Shown here: positions 38,401 to 53,019 of the stretch, piece by piece
Layout of the letters: each line of letters starts with the position of its first letter
How positions within the stretch are numbered: position 1 is the stretch's first letter
NCBI RefSeq assembly: GCF_963921235.1
Contig: NC_086109.1
Location: 25,484,001-25,548,000 of the forward strand
Direction of reading: 5' to 3'
Length of the DNA stretch: 64,000 nucleotides
Origin: Mobula hypostoma
Lineage: Eukaryota
The notes under the pieces: generated by a model
Told to the model about the DNA's origin: nothing
What the model saw: only the letters and a program-made list of their open reading frames with translations
Database searches by the model: none
Made by a program: the position numbers and the translations under genes

Positions 38401-40390
38401 CTCTAGTCCATCAATCCCAAACTAAGTCTGTACGCGAGGGGCCAGTAATAACAATGTAAAAGATTTGTAAGATCTATAAGGGGGTAGGAGCAAGGATTGT
38501 AGTCAGCAATTTGCAGTGTTGTTTCATGTCACTACAAGAATCTGAAGAAGAGCTGCTGTACTGTGGTTTCACTTCGTCCTCAAGATGGTTGGTCAATTGC
38601 ATCTCAGATTGGTAGTGATTGAAATAATTCAGTGTTATTCCATTAGATCACTCTATTCCAAAAGTTCATCATTAATCCCAAACTAATCTGAGTACTAATT
38701 GCTCCATTCCCTCTAACACTCCAGGCTTCCATTAGAGAAAGTTCAAGAAAAGATTTTACTTTGCACCAGCTATTCATGTCCTCTCCTTTCACCTTTTCCT
38801 TTTGCTTTTTCTGTCTTTACTCTCCACAGACGTTGGGAGCAAAAAGACAAAGGCTGCCATTTCCTTCCTCAGAATCAGAGGGATTCGGAGTCTGAGAATA
38901 GGAGTTAATTTCAGTAATCCCCCTCTCGTTCCACTGATCTAGTGCTTGCCAGCTAATCCTATCATTAAATCACAGGACATCGACTTAATCAGGATAAATG
39001 TTTTTAAGCAAATACAAAACAAGAAATGGAACAAAAGGAGTTTACTAGATGACATTTAACATAACACTTAATTCACCAATGGGGCTCTGTCATATGGACC
39101 TAGTGCTGTAGAATAGCTGCCTTCTTCATCAATTATATGTATAAAAACAATCCTCAACCACACTCCATCTGGATTATGGCTGCATGCTGTTACCATTTCC
39201 TCTTTGTGTTAGTACTGCCTATTATTATTTGAGCTTGCTGTCTGGAAGCTGTTATTCTGATCGGTCATATTGAACTTGATAACAAACACCCTTATCTAAG
39301 AATGATAATTCAGTGTAAATTCAGCATTTTCACCAGTATTACACATTACTTTGGTAGATAACTAATAAATGACAATCAAGGAAGCTAAGCAGTTAATAAC
39401 TGAAAATCGTTCGCAGTCCGCATTTTCTTTTACCATTTTACCAGCAAATGCAAAAATGGGTTTACACTCAGATTTACAAGTTCTGCAACAAGATTACATG
39501 CCAACTTCATCTATTTACTCACTTTTAATCACCAGTCAGTAATACAATTAACCATGTGTAGCGGTCAATGGTTTGTGGCTGGATGACTTTTCCTTTTCTC
39601 AATTGTCCTTTTCTTGCATTTGTTTTTAAAATCAGGGGCATTATTGCATTCAATGCTCCTTCAAAATTTCCTTGTTCCTTTCTACATCAGATACCCCCAA
39701 AACGGCAGGCACTTCTCTTCATGCTTGAACTGTCAGTACCATTTTCTGCAGACCTTAGCTAGTCTTTATCAAAACTGCCAAACCAGGAGTGTCCATAATT
39801 CACACAACTATTCCTTTTGCCTTTCTTAATTTCACTACCCAGCTCCCTTAAATCTGCCCTCTGGCTCCCTTAACCTCTCCATTCAGTTTCCCTTCCCACT
39901 TCCAACTCTCTTCCTTCATTCTCCTCCGCACGTCTCCCAATCTCTGTTCTAGCTTCCTGCAATCTCCAAATCCCTCACCTCATTTGATATCTGCTTCATC
40001 TGTCTCTCCTTCCGAAATTTATACTCACATTCAGTCTCCCCTCCAACCTCTCTGAGTCTCCCTTTGAACCTCTCTCAGTCTCTCCTCACACTGTCCTCAG
40101 CCTTGCCTCCCATCTTCCTCAATCTTGCCTCCCACCTCCCTCAATCTTCCCCCACACTGCACTCAATCTCGCCTTCCACCACCTTCAGTCTCTCTTTCTT
40201 TACCTCCCTCCTAGCCTCCTTATACCTCCTGTGGTCTCTCCTCACCAGTAAGTCTCACCCCCTCACTACCCATGCCTCAAACGCCCACAGAGTATTTGAA
40301 TGTCTTCCCATTTATCCCAAAGACATTCAAAATTGTGATTACTGTTTAAAACCATCGAAATGTGAATGAAATCTGAAGCCTGTTTCTTAC

Positions 40391-40676
40391 CTCCACCATT
40401 TTTCTGACACAGGTAGGGGAAACGCCAGACATTTCCCAGACCCACCGAGTAGCCAATCTGAGCCAGAATATACTGCAGTTTGTTGTTCCAGGCTGGCCGA
40501 TCTTCAATCTCCATGGCGTTCTCTACATCCTTATCCTTGGTGGGTGGGACTCCTCCTATATTGAGTGCACTGCGCTTGTAGTCAATAGGTTCCTCTCCAG
40601 CAAGGAGATCGGCGACAGACTCCGTGACAGGCTCATTGCTGTGCTCACGTTGTGTAACCTTACTGTTTTTCGGCAT
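40391..40676 (-). CDS. SLC6A17: SLC6A17 first coding exon (286 nt CDS); 5'UTR part probably extends to an acceptor at 40785-40786
   Basis: Translates [26 protein letters not shown]...[39 protein letters not shown]6 TM1 signature; the N-terminus matches SLC6A17 rather than SLC6A15. Donor GTAAGA immediately below 40391. Confidence 0.95.
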
Positions 40677-43600
40677 TGGTCACACCTTTACACAATGCTT
40701 CACAGATGACAAAGCAGAGGCAGATGCTGGAGACTCCGGAATATTCCAGTCCCCTTATGCTGTTACAGTCTTCTGCGGGTGAATCTAATTACAAAAATAA
40801 TTACTGGTTAGACAAATTTCTTCAGAAACATTGGTATTAAACTTTGAACCACACGCTGACACTGCAGAATTCTAGAGATCCAAACGACTTGCAGAGATCC
40901 CCCTCCACTCACAGAGGGACTTTGATATTTGAGAAGAGAAACCCACCCTGCCTCCAAGAGACTGAGGGTTGACCTTACTTTGGTTTACTAAATAATGAGG
41001 AGCATAGATAAAGTAGATAATCAGAGTCTTTTCTAAAGTGAAGGAGTCTAAAACTAGAAGGCATTGATTTAAGATGAGAAGGGAGAAACTTAGAGGAGAT
41101 CTAGGGGTAGCCATTGACAGTTATATGGATCAAGCTACCAGAGGAGATGGTAGAAGCAGATACAATTGAATCATTTAAAAAATATTTGGACAGGGAATGG
41201 ACTTCAGATTTAGAGAACGGAAGGATGTTTTTATGTTTATAGCTGGACATTTTGTGTCCCCAGTGCTTTCCCAAGCCTTTAAAGTGTGTTTACTGCAAAG
41301 TAACAACCACACCAAGAAAGCAGCTTTATCAGGGTCCAAATTCACCCATATGTCAATAACCCTCCACCACGAAGTTACCCTTCATGTTTTGCAGGCAAGG
41401 TTAAATTTATTTTCATGTTTAATTAACATATTGAGCTGAAGTGCTGGTCTCATTCCTGCATAATGTAGGATATTGCCATCTGCAGGGAGCTTTGAAAGAA
41501 GGAGACTTTAATATTGAAGTTTTCATCTCAGCTTCCCGTAAACAAATGACAGAATGTAAATTCCTCACCTGCAGCTGTCAACATTTATTGCCTTGCACTA
41601 GAGATAAACTTGGAAACTTCACTTCAAAGCAAAATTTGTGAGTTCTAAATATCTGCTTATAAGCATGATGGATCTTTTGTCTTTCGCTTCCTGCCTGAAT
41701 CTCCAGTGGCTGATGTGGACATAAACATTACTAATACACCCAACAGCGAACTACTGATAGACTGAATTGTGATTCAACAATTATACTTTCTAGAGAGGAA
41801 GGGTGTGGAAAACATTCACAATTTTCCAACATATGCTTCCAATTGTCAATGGATTCTAGCAATGACTTTCATTTCCAATAATGTATCATGCCACTGCTGA
41901 TGCCCAGAAATCTCAGATTAAGATGGCGATCTGATTTGAAATATATACTTTATACTTCATACTTTATTGTCACCAAACAATTGGTACTAGAATGTACAAT
42001 CATCACAGTGATATTTGATTCTGCGTTTCACACTCCCTGGATTACAAAATATTAAAAATATTTTAAATAGTTAAAATTAGTAAATATTAAAAATTTAAAT
42101 TATAAATCACAAATAGAAAATAGAAAAATGGGAAGTAAGGTAGTGCAAAAAAACTGAGAGGCAGGTCCAGATATTTGGAGGGTACGGCCCAGATCCGGGT
42201 CAGGATCCATTCAGCAGTCTTAGCACGGTTGGAAAGAAGCTGTTCCCAAATCTACCCATAAGTTAACTATAATAAAAGCAGCCCGTTCCAGATCTCTGGT
42301 TGCAGATCAAAGAAACCAAGCCAATGAAAAAAAAACAAAATAATTTGCTTTCATTTGGGCGAGATGAGGATAATGACACAATCAGCCGTTTTAACTACAT
42401 GTCTAAAACAATTTGCTTCATACTATTTGCTTAAATCAGAATTTGGATCAAGATAGTAATTTCAGCTCTTTTGGTGTTGTCCTCTGGCATTCTTCTTTCA
42501 GGAGCCACTCCTCAAGGGTGGTGCTCAGAAACACCATAAGCATTGCAACTCTCTCCCTTTAGTTCTCCACCACTCAACTTCTCCTGGTCCTCTTTTAAAC
42601 TGCTAGTTAAAATCTCACACTTTCCCCTGCACACTGATGCCAAACTTTGGACAGATTAATGGAAATCAGTTGACAGACTACCATAGTGTTAATTTTATTC
42701 CATTATCTGACTCTTTCCTTTCTGGATTTGGGGGCAGAAAATACTCTCAAACACTCACTTCCATCCATTTATCAAATTCCCAGCTGAAAAATTGAAACAG
42801 ACTGCATGATAGGAGATGTCTAAACAGAGACACATGCCCATTGAGGAACATCTTTTAGGTCATGGGAAGCAAAGCTATAGCCACAATTCTCTAATCTGCC
42901 TTCCATTCCTATTGAATGTTCTCATCCCTTCAGTCCACTGAATTCATGTTGACAAAGTGGAGACGTTTTGCTTCATTAAATGAACTTCATAATGATTAAA
43001 TGATACAATGAAAAAAAAGCTTTTCTAGGCTGCTTAAAATGATCTGAAGTGAGAAATCCTGAAATTTAAGATGCCAAGGATGAAACAAACAGGACAGTCA
43101 AGAGATGTTCATTGACATAAATCTGAGGTTTTAAATGCTTGCACGTTTTGTGATTGACAAATGCTGAGAGAGGTGAGAAGTTTCAAAAATATTATCCTTC
43201 GTAACAAGACCTAGAAATGGAAATGACTTACAGTTGTAGAGAAAAGAAGGAATGCACATTGAGGACGGTTCTGCTTCTTTACTTGCAGTGCCTACCCTCT
43301 TTGATACCAAGATGCAAGGATCTGGTCAGGTTTGAATTTTAGATTTAAAGAAATCTGACGCTGACGGAGGATGTTTTCGAAATTTCGAGACTTATGTGAT
43401 TATCGCCATTTTCTGGGTGGGCGATATGTTAGTTTGTGTGTGAGGGAGGGGTGAGAGATTTGGGGTCTGATGTTCTTGTTGCTATTTTCCAGGTGGGAGA
43501 TATGTTAGTATTTTGTGTGTGAGAGAGAGGGGGTTGGGGGTTTGATTTTGATGTTCTAGCTGCCATTTTCTGAGTGGGCGATCTGTAAATTTCTGTGCGA

Positions 43601-44645
43601 GAGAGGGGTTGGGTGTTTGTGGCTTGCAAGTTTCGTTTCTTTTCCTTTTTCTTGCTGGGGGGTGGTGATGTCTTTTCTTTCAATGACTTCCATGGTTTTT
43701 CTGTATTTCATGGCTATCTGGAGAAATCAAATCTCAGATTTGTATTCTGCGTACATACTTTAATAATAAAAAGAACACTTCAACCTTTGAACCTTGGAAA
43801 CCTTCAGCTTAGAAGGCTGTGTGTACTGCTTGGATTTCCAGCATCTGCAGATTTTCACTTGTTTGAGCTTAGAAGGAGGTCATTTATCCATCACATCTAA
43901 AGCACCCAAAGGACTGTTTAATTTTATCCCATATACCTGTGTTTCCCCTGTTCTTCTGCAAACATTCCCCTTCACGTTCAATTTCTTTCCTAGCATTACC
44001 GTAGAATCAGATCCGACCACCATTTCAGCTGGTGCATCCCAGTCTTTTTAATCCTTGAGATGTAGATATTTCTCAATATGCATTTCTACCAATTTGATTA
44101 AATCTATGATTTTCTGATTACTGATCCATGCCAGAAGATGTTGTTTTCTCCTACGCTTCCTTGACAAAAATCATGGGCAATATTTAAATCTCCTTTTAAG
44201 CCTCTAGTTCGAGGAGAATAACCAACATGTTTTCTTATTTCTCTACATCCCTGGAAAAAGTCCTGGTAAACCTCCTCAGAACTCTTTACAGCCCTTTATT
44301 CCATTCTAAATTGCGGTGTCAGAGATGGACATAGCGTTCCAGCTCAGGCCTAACTCAAGATATGCAGGGTGTGACTTCCTTGCCTTTGTATACAATATCT
44401 GTACTTACAGAGCTAATAGGTGAACTTAAATATGATTATCATATATAATTGAAACCAGAGAGTAACAGCTAGGAAAGAAAGAAAAGACATAAGGCAAATC
44501 CAAGAATCATTAGTTGGTAGCAAGAGGAAATATGATGGATTGCGGAAGATGCATAATCAAAGGCCAAAATTTGGGTCTTGTTACCTCATTCATATGAGCC
44601 CATTGGCCTTCCATGTTCCTAAAAAAAAAGTATTGATGCAATCAT

Positions 44646-45352
44646 GAGTGAGCAATTTCAAGTTCATGGGTGTCAGGATCTCTGAGGACCTAACCTGGTC
44701 CCAACATATCAATGCAGCTATAAAGAAGACAAGACAGCTATAAAGAAGACAAGACAGTGGCTATATTTCATGAGGAATTTGAGGAAATTTGGTTTTTCAC
44801 CTAAAACACTCAAAAACTTCTACAGATGTACTGTGGATAGTATTCTGACGGGCTACATCACCACCCAGTATGGAGTGGGGGCAGGGTGGTTGCTCAGAAT
44901 CATACGAAGCTGCAGGATCAAACGAAGTTGTAAAATTAGTCAGCTCCACCTTGGGTACTCACCTTCACTGTATCCAAGATATCTTCGAGGAGCGGTGCCT
45001 CAGAAAGGTGGTGTCCATTATTAAGGACCCCCATCTCCCAGGGCATGCCCTCTTCTCATTGTTACCATGAGGAAGGAGGTACAGAAGCCTGAAGGCATGT
45101 ACTCCGTGATTCAAGAACCGCTTCTTCCCCTCTGTCATCCAATTTCTAAATGGACCTTGAATCTATGAACACTCCCTCACTTTTTTATTATTTGTTTTTG
45201 CAATATTTTAATTTAACTATTTAATATACATATATATACTTACTGTAATTGATTGATTTATTTATTTTCTATATTTCCACATATTGCATTGTACTGCTGC
45301 CGGTAAGTTAACGAATTTCATAACGTATGCAGATGATATTAAACCTGATTGT
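44646..45352 (+). mobile_element. Rex1/Babar-type LINE 3' fragment
   Basis: LKNFYRCTVDSILTGYIT; RCLRKVVSIIKDPHLPGHALFSLLP. Confidence 0.85.
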
Positions 45353-46519
45353 GACAGAGATTCTGATAAATTATTAATGTGAAAATGGGAATTAAGTATT
45401 GATAGAACTGTGCAGTGATAGCTTTATTTTGTGTCTATGGTGTAGTGAATTGTTACTGTTTGAAGGAAAATGTTGAAGGACCTTTACAGTATATTCCATC
45501 AGGGTTAAACTGATTTATGAGAGTTTGGGGCAGTGTAAAGGGAGTTCTGATCTGTAATTAATGCAAGCTGCACTAGTTCTAGGTTTCTTAGGGCAATATA
45601 TAGTTATCTTAATATCCAGTATACTTTTCTGGATCTGCTATGAGAATGCTTGAGACAACAGCAGACTGAGATCTTTACATCTAAACTGTGCTCTACTTGC
45701 CCTTGGAACTTATAGAAAAGAAAAGTGAAAACTCCTGGGTTTCTGAGTGGGAGCAACCCTCACCTTGAAGAAGATATTTTTAACTTCATAGCTGGTCTAT
45801 GAGAGGGACAGCAGGAGTTGCTGATTTACATTGTAAAACAGCCAGTGAGTAAAGGTGACCTCCGTTCATTGCCATCATCTTACGTGATACGAAGCAAGAA
45901 ATAGATAAATCACAGAACCACCTGATCAGCCATAAGCATAACAGCAGATTCTTGACTATTTCAGGCCCACAAAGTTGCTCTACAATGCTGACATCAGCAC
46001 ATATAATACTGTAAATAAGCTGTGCAACTATCACATTAGATTCATCCAGGACTGAGCTGAAGGGCATCCCATCCTTTGCCTGAAGCGGATGGACTTTCCT
46101 TCATCCACACACTGTGTCTGCAGTGCACAGGATCTAGAAAACGCACTGCAGCAAAAGCCATTGCTTCTTTGTCTGCTCCTTCCAAACCTATGAGCTTCAA
46201 ATCTAGAAGAACAAAGGTAGCAGCTCCTATCTCAAAATTCCCCTCCATAGTAACATAACATCCAAATTTGGTCTACTATCATCACCAATAAAGCAAAGTC
46301 CTGGAAAAGGAAATACCTTCACCATTCCGATTGGAAGATATTCCATTGCCACCTTGTCAAGGGTCACTGGGAATGGGTGATGACACCTCATCTTGCGAAT
46401 GGTTTAATTAAAACTCATTCTGATGCTGATATACATTCAGTACCCATGGGCACCACAGCATGCACCCTTACACATGCATACATGTACTCTGTCACTCATA
46501 CACACCCAAGAATAGGCAT

Positions 46520-47692
46520 ATAGAAAACATAGAAACATAGAAAATAGGTGCAGGAGTAGGCCATTCGGCCCTTCGAGCCTGCACCGCCATTTATTATGAT
46601 CATGGCTGATCATCCAACTCAGAACCCCGCCCCAGCCTTCCCTCCATACTCCCTGACCCCCGTAGCCACAAGGGCCATATCTAACTCCCTCTTAAATATA
46701 GCCAAGGAACTGGCCTCAACAGTTTGCTGTGGCAGAGAATTCCACAGATTCACCACTCTCTGTGTGAAGAAGTTTTTCCTCATCTCGGTCCTAAAAGGCT
46801 TCCCCTCTATCCTCAAACTGTGACCCCTCATTCTGGACTTCCCCAACATCGGGAACAATCTTCCTGCATCTAGCCTGTCCAATCCCTTTAGGATCTTATA
46901 CGTTTCAATCAGATCCCCCCTCAATCTTCTAAATTCCAACGAGTACAAGCCCAGTTCATTCAGTCTTTCTTCATATGAAAGTCCTGCCATCCCAGGAATC
47001 AATCTGGTGAACCTTCTTTGTACTCCCTCTATGGCAAAGATGTCTTTCCTCAGATTAGGGGACCAAAACTGCACACAATACTCCAGGTGTGGTCTCACCA
47101 AGGCCTTGTACAACTGCAGTAGTACCTCCCTGCTCCTGTACTCGAATCCTCTTGCTATAAATGCCAGCATACCATTCGCCTTTTTCACCGCCTGCTGTAC
47201 CTGCATGCCCACTTTCAATGACTGGTGTATAATGACACCCAGGTCTCGTTGCACCTCCCCTTTTCCTAATCGGCCACCATTCAGATAATAATCAGTTTTC
47301 CTATTTTTGCCACCAAAGTCGATAACTTCACATTTATCCACATTAAATTGCATCTGCCATGAGTTTGCCCACTCACCCAACCTATCCAAGTCACCCTGCA
47401 TCCTCTTAGCATCCTCCTCACTGCTAACACTGCCACCCAGCTTCGTGTCATCCGCAAACTTGGAGATGCTGCATTTAATTCCCTCATCCAAGTCATTTAT
47501 ATTGTAAACAACTGGGGTCCCAGCACTGAGCCTTGCGGTACCCCACTAGTCACCGCCTGCCATTCTGAAAAGGTCCCGTTTATTCCCACTCTTTGCTTCC
47601 TGTCTGCTAATCAATTCTCCACCCACACCAATACCTTACCCCCAATACCGTGTGCTTTAAGTTTGCACACTAATCTCCTGTGTGGGACCTTG
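46520..47692 (-). mobile_element. Young 5'-truncated CR1 LINE (RT C-terminal part)
   Basis: 290-aa ORF with SKFADDTKLGG and LVRPHLEYCVQFWSP; (ctatgttt)n tail. Confidence 0.95.
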
Positions 47693-48049
47693 TATATATG
47701 AATCTCAGACTTGTATAATGCATATATACTTCCATAATTATTTGATAATTATAATAAATTTACTGGGTCTAGAAGAGCTTCACAAGAATGATCTGAGGAA
47801 TGAAAGGGTTAATGTATGATGTGTGCTCAGTGGCTCCAGGCCTGTGCTCACTAGAGCTTAGAAGAATGAGGCATCTCATTGAAACCTATCAAATATTGAA
47901 AAGACGAGATAGAGTGGATGTGGAGAAGATATTTCCAATATTGGGAGTGTCTAGAACCAGAGCGCACAGCCTCAGAATACAAAGATGTCCCTTTAAAACA
48001 GAGGTGAGAAGGAATTCCTTGTTTTAAATAAAATGTTATTAAGATGCTT

Positions 48050-48975
48050 TTGGGGGCAGATTTTACAATTAGTCAATACTTCCTCTATCTGTGCTAAACA
48101 TTCCCTAATTCAATTTAAAGTTGTTCATAGAGCACATATGTCCAAAGATAAATTAGCTCGCTTTTATTCTCATATTAATCCTTTTTGTGATAGATGTCCG
48201 GGGCAGATAGCCTCTTTAACTCATATGTTTTGGTCTTGTCCTACTCTGGAAACTTTTTGGAGAGACATTTTTAATATTATCTCAAAGGTATTGAATATAG
48301 ATATCTCTCCTCACCCTATTACTGCCATCTTTGGACTACCTAAAATTTCCAGTAATCTTTCTCCTTCAGCCCGTAGAATGATTGCATTTCTTACTTTAAT
48401 GGCGAAAAGATGTACCTTACAACATTGGAAAGAGCTTAATGCTCCAACTACCTTTTTTTGGTTTTCTCAGACGATATTATGCTTGAATTTGGAGAAAATT
48501 AGAAGCAATCTTTATGATTCCTCACTTAAATTTGAACAGACCTGGAGATCTTTTATTCAATATTTTCATTTAATGTAATTTTTTTTCTTCTCTTTTTTGC
48601 TCCATATTTATATACCCTTCTTGGTTTTTTTTTTACTGTTTTTAATGGAGGTTGGGTTTGAGGACGTGATTTTAAGTTCTTTAACTCTACTTGGTTCCAA
48701 GTTAGCCCTTTGCTTTGCTTTGCTTTTAGTTTAGTTGCACGGTGGGTTTTTTTTGGGGGGTTCTTTTTTCTTTTTCTCTATTGATATATATATAAAAATT
48801 AGTATACTATTATGTTACCTTAGTATGTTATGTTTAAATTACATTGTTTGTTTGACTTTTTCTTTCTGTATTAATATCTCCTGTAATTTTATTATATTCT
48901 AACAGTGTATTAGTGCCTATATGGCTTACCTTTTTGTATACTTATTCAATAAAAAGATTTAAAAAGAAGAAAGAA
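48050..48975 (+). mobile_element. 5'-truncated L1/Tx1-clade LINE with 9-bp TSD, nested in an older CR1 (47770-48020 + 49115-49350)
   Basis: CDRC-x8-HMFWSC zinc knuckle; T-rich 3'UTR, AATAAA and A-rich tail; TSD aagatgctt at 48041-48049 and 48976-48984. Confidence 0.9.
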
Positions 48976-50049
48976 AAGATGCTTCATCCTTTGGCCCTTA
49001 GAATTCTTCTCTTGTTCTTTCAAGGTTCTCGATATATCTTCTTCCCAGGACAATATTCAAATACTCATTTATTCATCACTTCTCTCTCCTTTATAGTCCC
49101 TTCCACCTTCCTCCTTTTCTTTACCCAGAAGGCAGTGAATCTGTGGAGTTCACAGATGACTGTGGAGACCAAGTCACTGGGTATATTTAAAGTGGAGATT
49201 GATAGGTTCTTGATTAATCAGGGTGTAAAAAGTTATGGGTAGAAGGCAGGAGAATGGGGTTGTGAGGGATAATAAATCAGCCATGATCAAATAGCAGAGC
49301 AGACACAATGGGCCAAATGGCCTAATTATGTTCCAAGGTCTTATGGTCTATGTGTTCCTACACATTGCACATACATGGATGTTTCAATGGTGGACACACT
49401 CATATATCCTCTGTAATTCATTTACACATGACCCATCCACACATGTGTGCAGACAGGCACAAGCACTGACATGTTTTTAATATCCAAACACAACCATTAA
49501 TACATCAGGAAGTTTTGGCATGCCGCCATCATTAATGTTCCTGAAACCTCAGGATCCACCGTGCCCATGCACTGCTGTAACACCAGAGATGAAAACAGCT
49601 GGTTGAGTGGCCCTTGATGCTGTGTGGCCCCAGCTTCCCTCAGTCTCAACAGCTTTCATAAGCTACTGGGTCAAGGTATGGTCACTTGTGAGTAATTCAA
49701 AATATCTGAGGCCACTGAAACCAACTGCAATAGAAGCCTCGTAGCTGTTTAAGATCAGGTTGCTCAGAACATGTTTGAGAGTGGAGCCCAGACCATTTTA
49801 TTCCTCATATTCTGATATTTTTTATGAGTGTGTATATATTATATGAGTGTTTGTGGCAGACTCCATATCAATTATCCAATAATCTATGATTCAATATACA
49901 TGTCACTCAAGTCTCTTAATATTGTATCTTGCAATTCAACTTATTCACACCTTATTCAAGATCAAGGCTCAGATCAGCATTATGAACTTTGTCCATCAAA
50001 AGAGACAACCAACGTGGCTATTGGTTTGGGAAATTATGCCCTCTGAAAA

Positions 50050-51260
50050 ACATTGAATTTTTTGGAAGAAGTGACCAAGTGGGTTGTTAAGAACAAGGTT
50101 GTAGGCATTGTCTATGCAAGTTGAGATCACATAATAGGATACAGGGTGAGATAGTTATTGAATACAAACTTGGCTTGGTGGATGGAGTCGGAAAGATTCT
50201 TTACCAGATTGGAGGCCTGTGACCTTCAGGGATACTGCAGGGACTGTTGCTGGGTCCCTTGTCATATATATTAATGATTTGGAAGAGAATATAGGTGGCA
50301 TGTAAGTGGATTAGTAAATTTGTAGATTGACAGTGGGTGCACAGGTTACGACAGGATCTAGATCAACTGCGAAAGCGTAACTTAAGACAAGTGGAAAGTG
50401 AGGCATTTTGTGAAGTGAAACAAGGACAGACATACACTGTGAATGACAAGACTGTGAGGTGTATTATAGAACAGGGAGACCCTTAACATGCAACACAAGT
50501 AGACAAATTGGTGAAGAAGCTACACAGCATGTTTCAAACAGGAGAAAGTCTGCAGATGCTGGAAATCCAAAGCAACACACACAACATTCTGGTTGAACTC
50601 AGGCAGCAGCTATGGAAATTAATAGACAGCGACATTTCAGGCCAAGACAGCACGTTTGCCTTTACTGGTTACAGCACTGAGTACAAGGGCTGCAACGCCA
50701 TATTACAGCCAGATACACTAGTTGAGCCACACCTGGAATGTTACGTGCACTGCAATTCTCTGTACTATAGTAAGGATGTGACAAAAACAGACAGAAAGCC
50801 AAAAAAGATTCACAAGGAAACTGCTGGTTCTGGAAGGAGAGACTAGATAGGCTTCAACCATTTTCGTTGGAGTGAAGAAAGCCGGGGGGCGGGGGGGGGG
50901 GACCTGACACAGATTTATAAAATCATGCAGGTCATAGATAAGGTGGATGTCACAAATTTTTTCTCTCAGGTTAGGGCTGTCTAAAGCTCGGGGGTATAGT
51001 TTTAAAGTGAGAGTGGAATGATTAAGGGCAATTTTCACACAGAGGGTGGAGGTTATGTATAACAAGCTGCCTGGAGAAGAGATAGATGTGGGTACAATTA
51101 TAAAATTTTACAGACATTTGGGCAGGTTAATGGATAGGAAAGGTTTAGATCGAAATGAGCCAAATGCAGGCAAAGGGAACAAGCTCAGCGAAAACGCCTT
51201 GGTTGGTATTGCAAGGTTGGGCCAAAGGACCTGCTTTAAGATTCTATATCTCTGTAACTC
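50050..51260 (+). mobile_element. Old decayed CR1 with an internal Penelope-derived fragment (about 50535-50650)
   Basis: Remnants of QG-VLGP and VEPHLECYV motifs with many frameshifts. Confidence 0.7.
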
Positions 51261-53019
51261 CCTAACTGCACCAGTTTGGGTCAGATCAGAAGTAAAAGAG
51301 AAACATAAGGGGTGGTCAGAGATTCTAGTCGTGATAGACCAGAGGTAGGGGTGATGGAGGTACTGAATGCTAGTGTTGGAGTCATTGTGTACAAGTGACA
51401 AAGCTACTGAATTACAATAGACATGAAACCATCAGCACTGGAAGCTATAAAGACAGACTGAACATCATTAAACTGAAGTGAGAGAAGGTGATAAATACAG
51501 AAGATTGTGTAACATGGCTGCAGACAGGACACATCTATCAGCGAATGCAGCCTGAAAATGGCAGACATTGGCTCCTGGAAGTCATACTCTGCAATTAAAG
51601 TTTGTATCATCCCAGGAGGCTACATATTCATTGAGTAGCAATGGTACTAATTACACAAAATGTGCTAACACCACCAATGTATAGAACTAATAACACTGTG
51701 AATCATTGGACTGACTGACAGTATGAATGTAAACAGTGAATGACTGCTTTTTATACTTGCATGTACTGTATTTTATGCATAAAGTTTATATTTGAAAATA
51801 ATTATTGCTATGTGAATGTGTATGCACATTTACGTATGGAATATGTGAATTACATCTTCATGTAAAAATGTATCTGGTTTACTCTGCTTTAATATCGGAC
51901 CATGTATGTATAAATGTGTGTATTTTTTGTTTTTGCAGAGAAATTAATGCATTTGGGTATTTAGCTGAAGGGTTCATGCATTTGTATGGATATATGTTTG
52001 TATGTTTATTCCCATGTGTGTGTTTGTATGTGTGTTTATATTTCCATAGGTTTATTGTATGTCTGGATGTGTGTCCTTCCAAATGTATATTTGCCTGTCT
52101 AGATTGTGTCACTGCATGTTTCATACTATCACAGAGTCTGGAGCATTGTGTCTACATGCAAATCCTTGTCAGTTGTGGTTCCAAGCTCAGAATCTAAAGT
52201 GTTTCTCTCCAGTGACCATGACAGCATATATCTGACCTACATTGACAGTTGAGAGAGAGCACCAGAGGCAGTCATACATTCTGCTGCATTTTCATCTTGA
52301 TAGCTCCTGGAGATACTTCTCATCCTTTATTCAAGGGCATTTCACAGTTCGGGAATTTCAGGCTTTTCCTTAAAAGAATGAGAATAACCCCACTAACCCA
52401 ATTATGTCAATTAATTAGTTTAGATTTTCCTTCCTTCCTTTCTACTTCTTCCTGAATGTGCATAATTCATCACAATATACTCATTAAAATCTCAGAATCC
52501 CTGCACTATCAATCTTATTACCTCTCATGAGACTTTCTTTCATCCCAGTTTAATAACTTATTACATCCTAGTTTACTTTTAATATCTTTAGGGTTTATTA
52601 CAGGAGTTGGCTGTTTTAGCATAGCTGTTAAAATGTTTGCATGTCTTATATTGAAGAACCGTTGGAAGGGAATTTCATCCGCCAAATATTTCCACTGGAC
52701 CTTCTGACCATTGCTGCATGTGCTATTGAAGAACATTGTGTGGCCTAAATCCTTGGATAAGGATTCTGAGTCATTGAAAATCCCTATAAATACAAAGAGC
52801 ATCAGACTGTTACAGATCAATACAGATTGGTAAGGGACTATCATCTGTATGTGCTAACAATTCTTAAATAAACTTTTGGGTCAGACTCATAAGATATACT
52901 TACATTCAAACATATAGAATGTCTTTTAAAGCAGATAGGTATATAATTTTAAATGACATGATGCCTCCATGTACGTGCACAATGGGCATGGAGGAAATAA
53001 GGACTGAGGGTATAACTAT

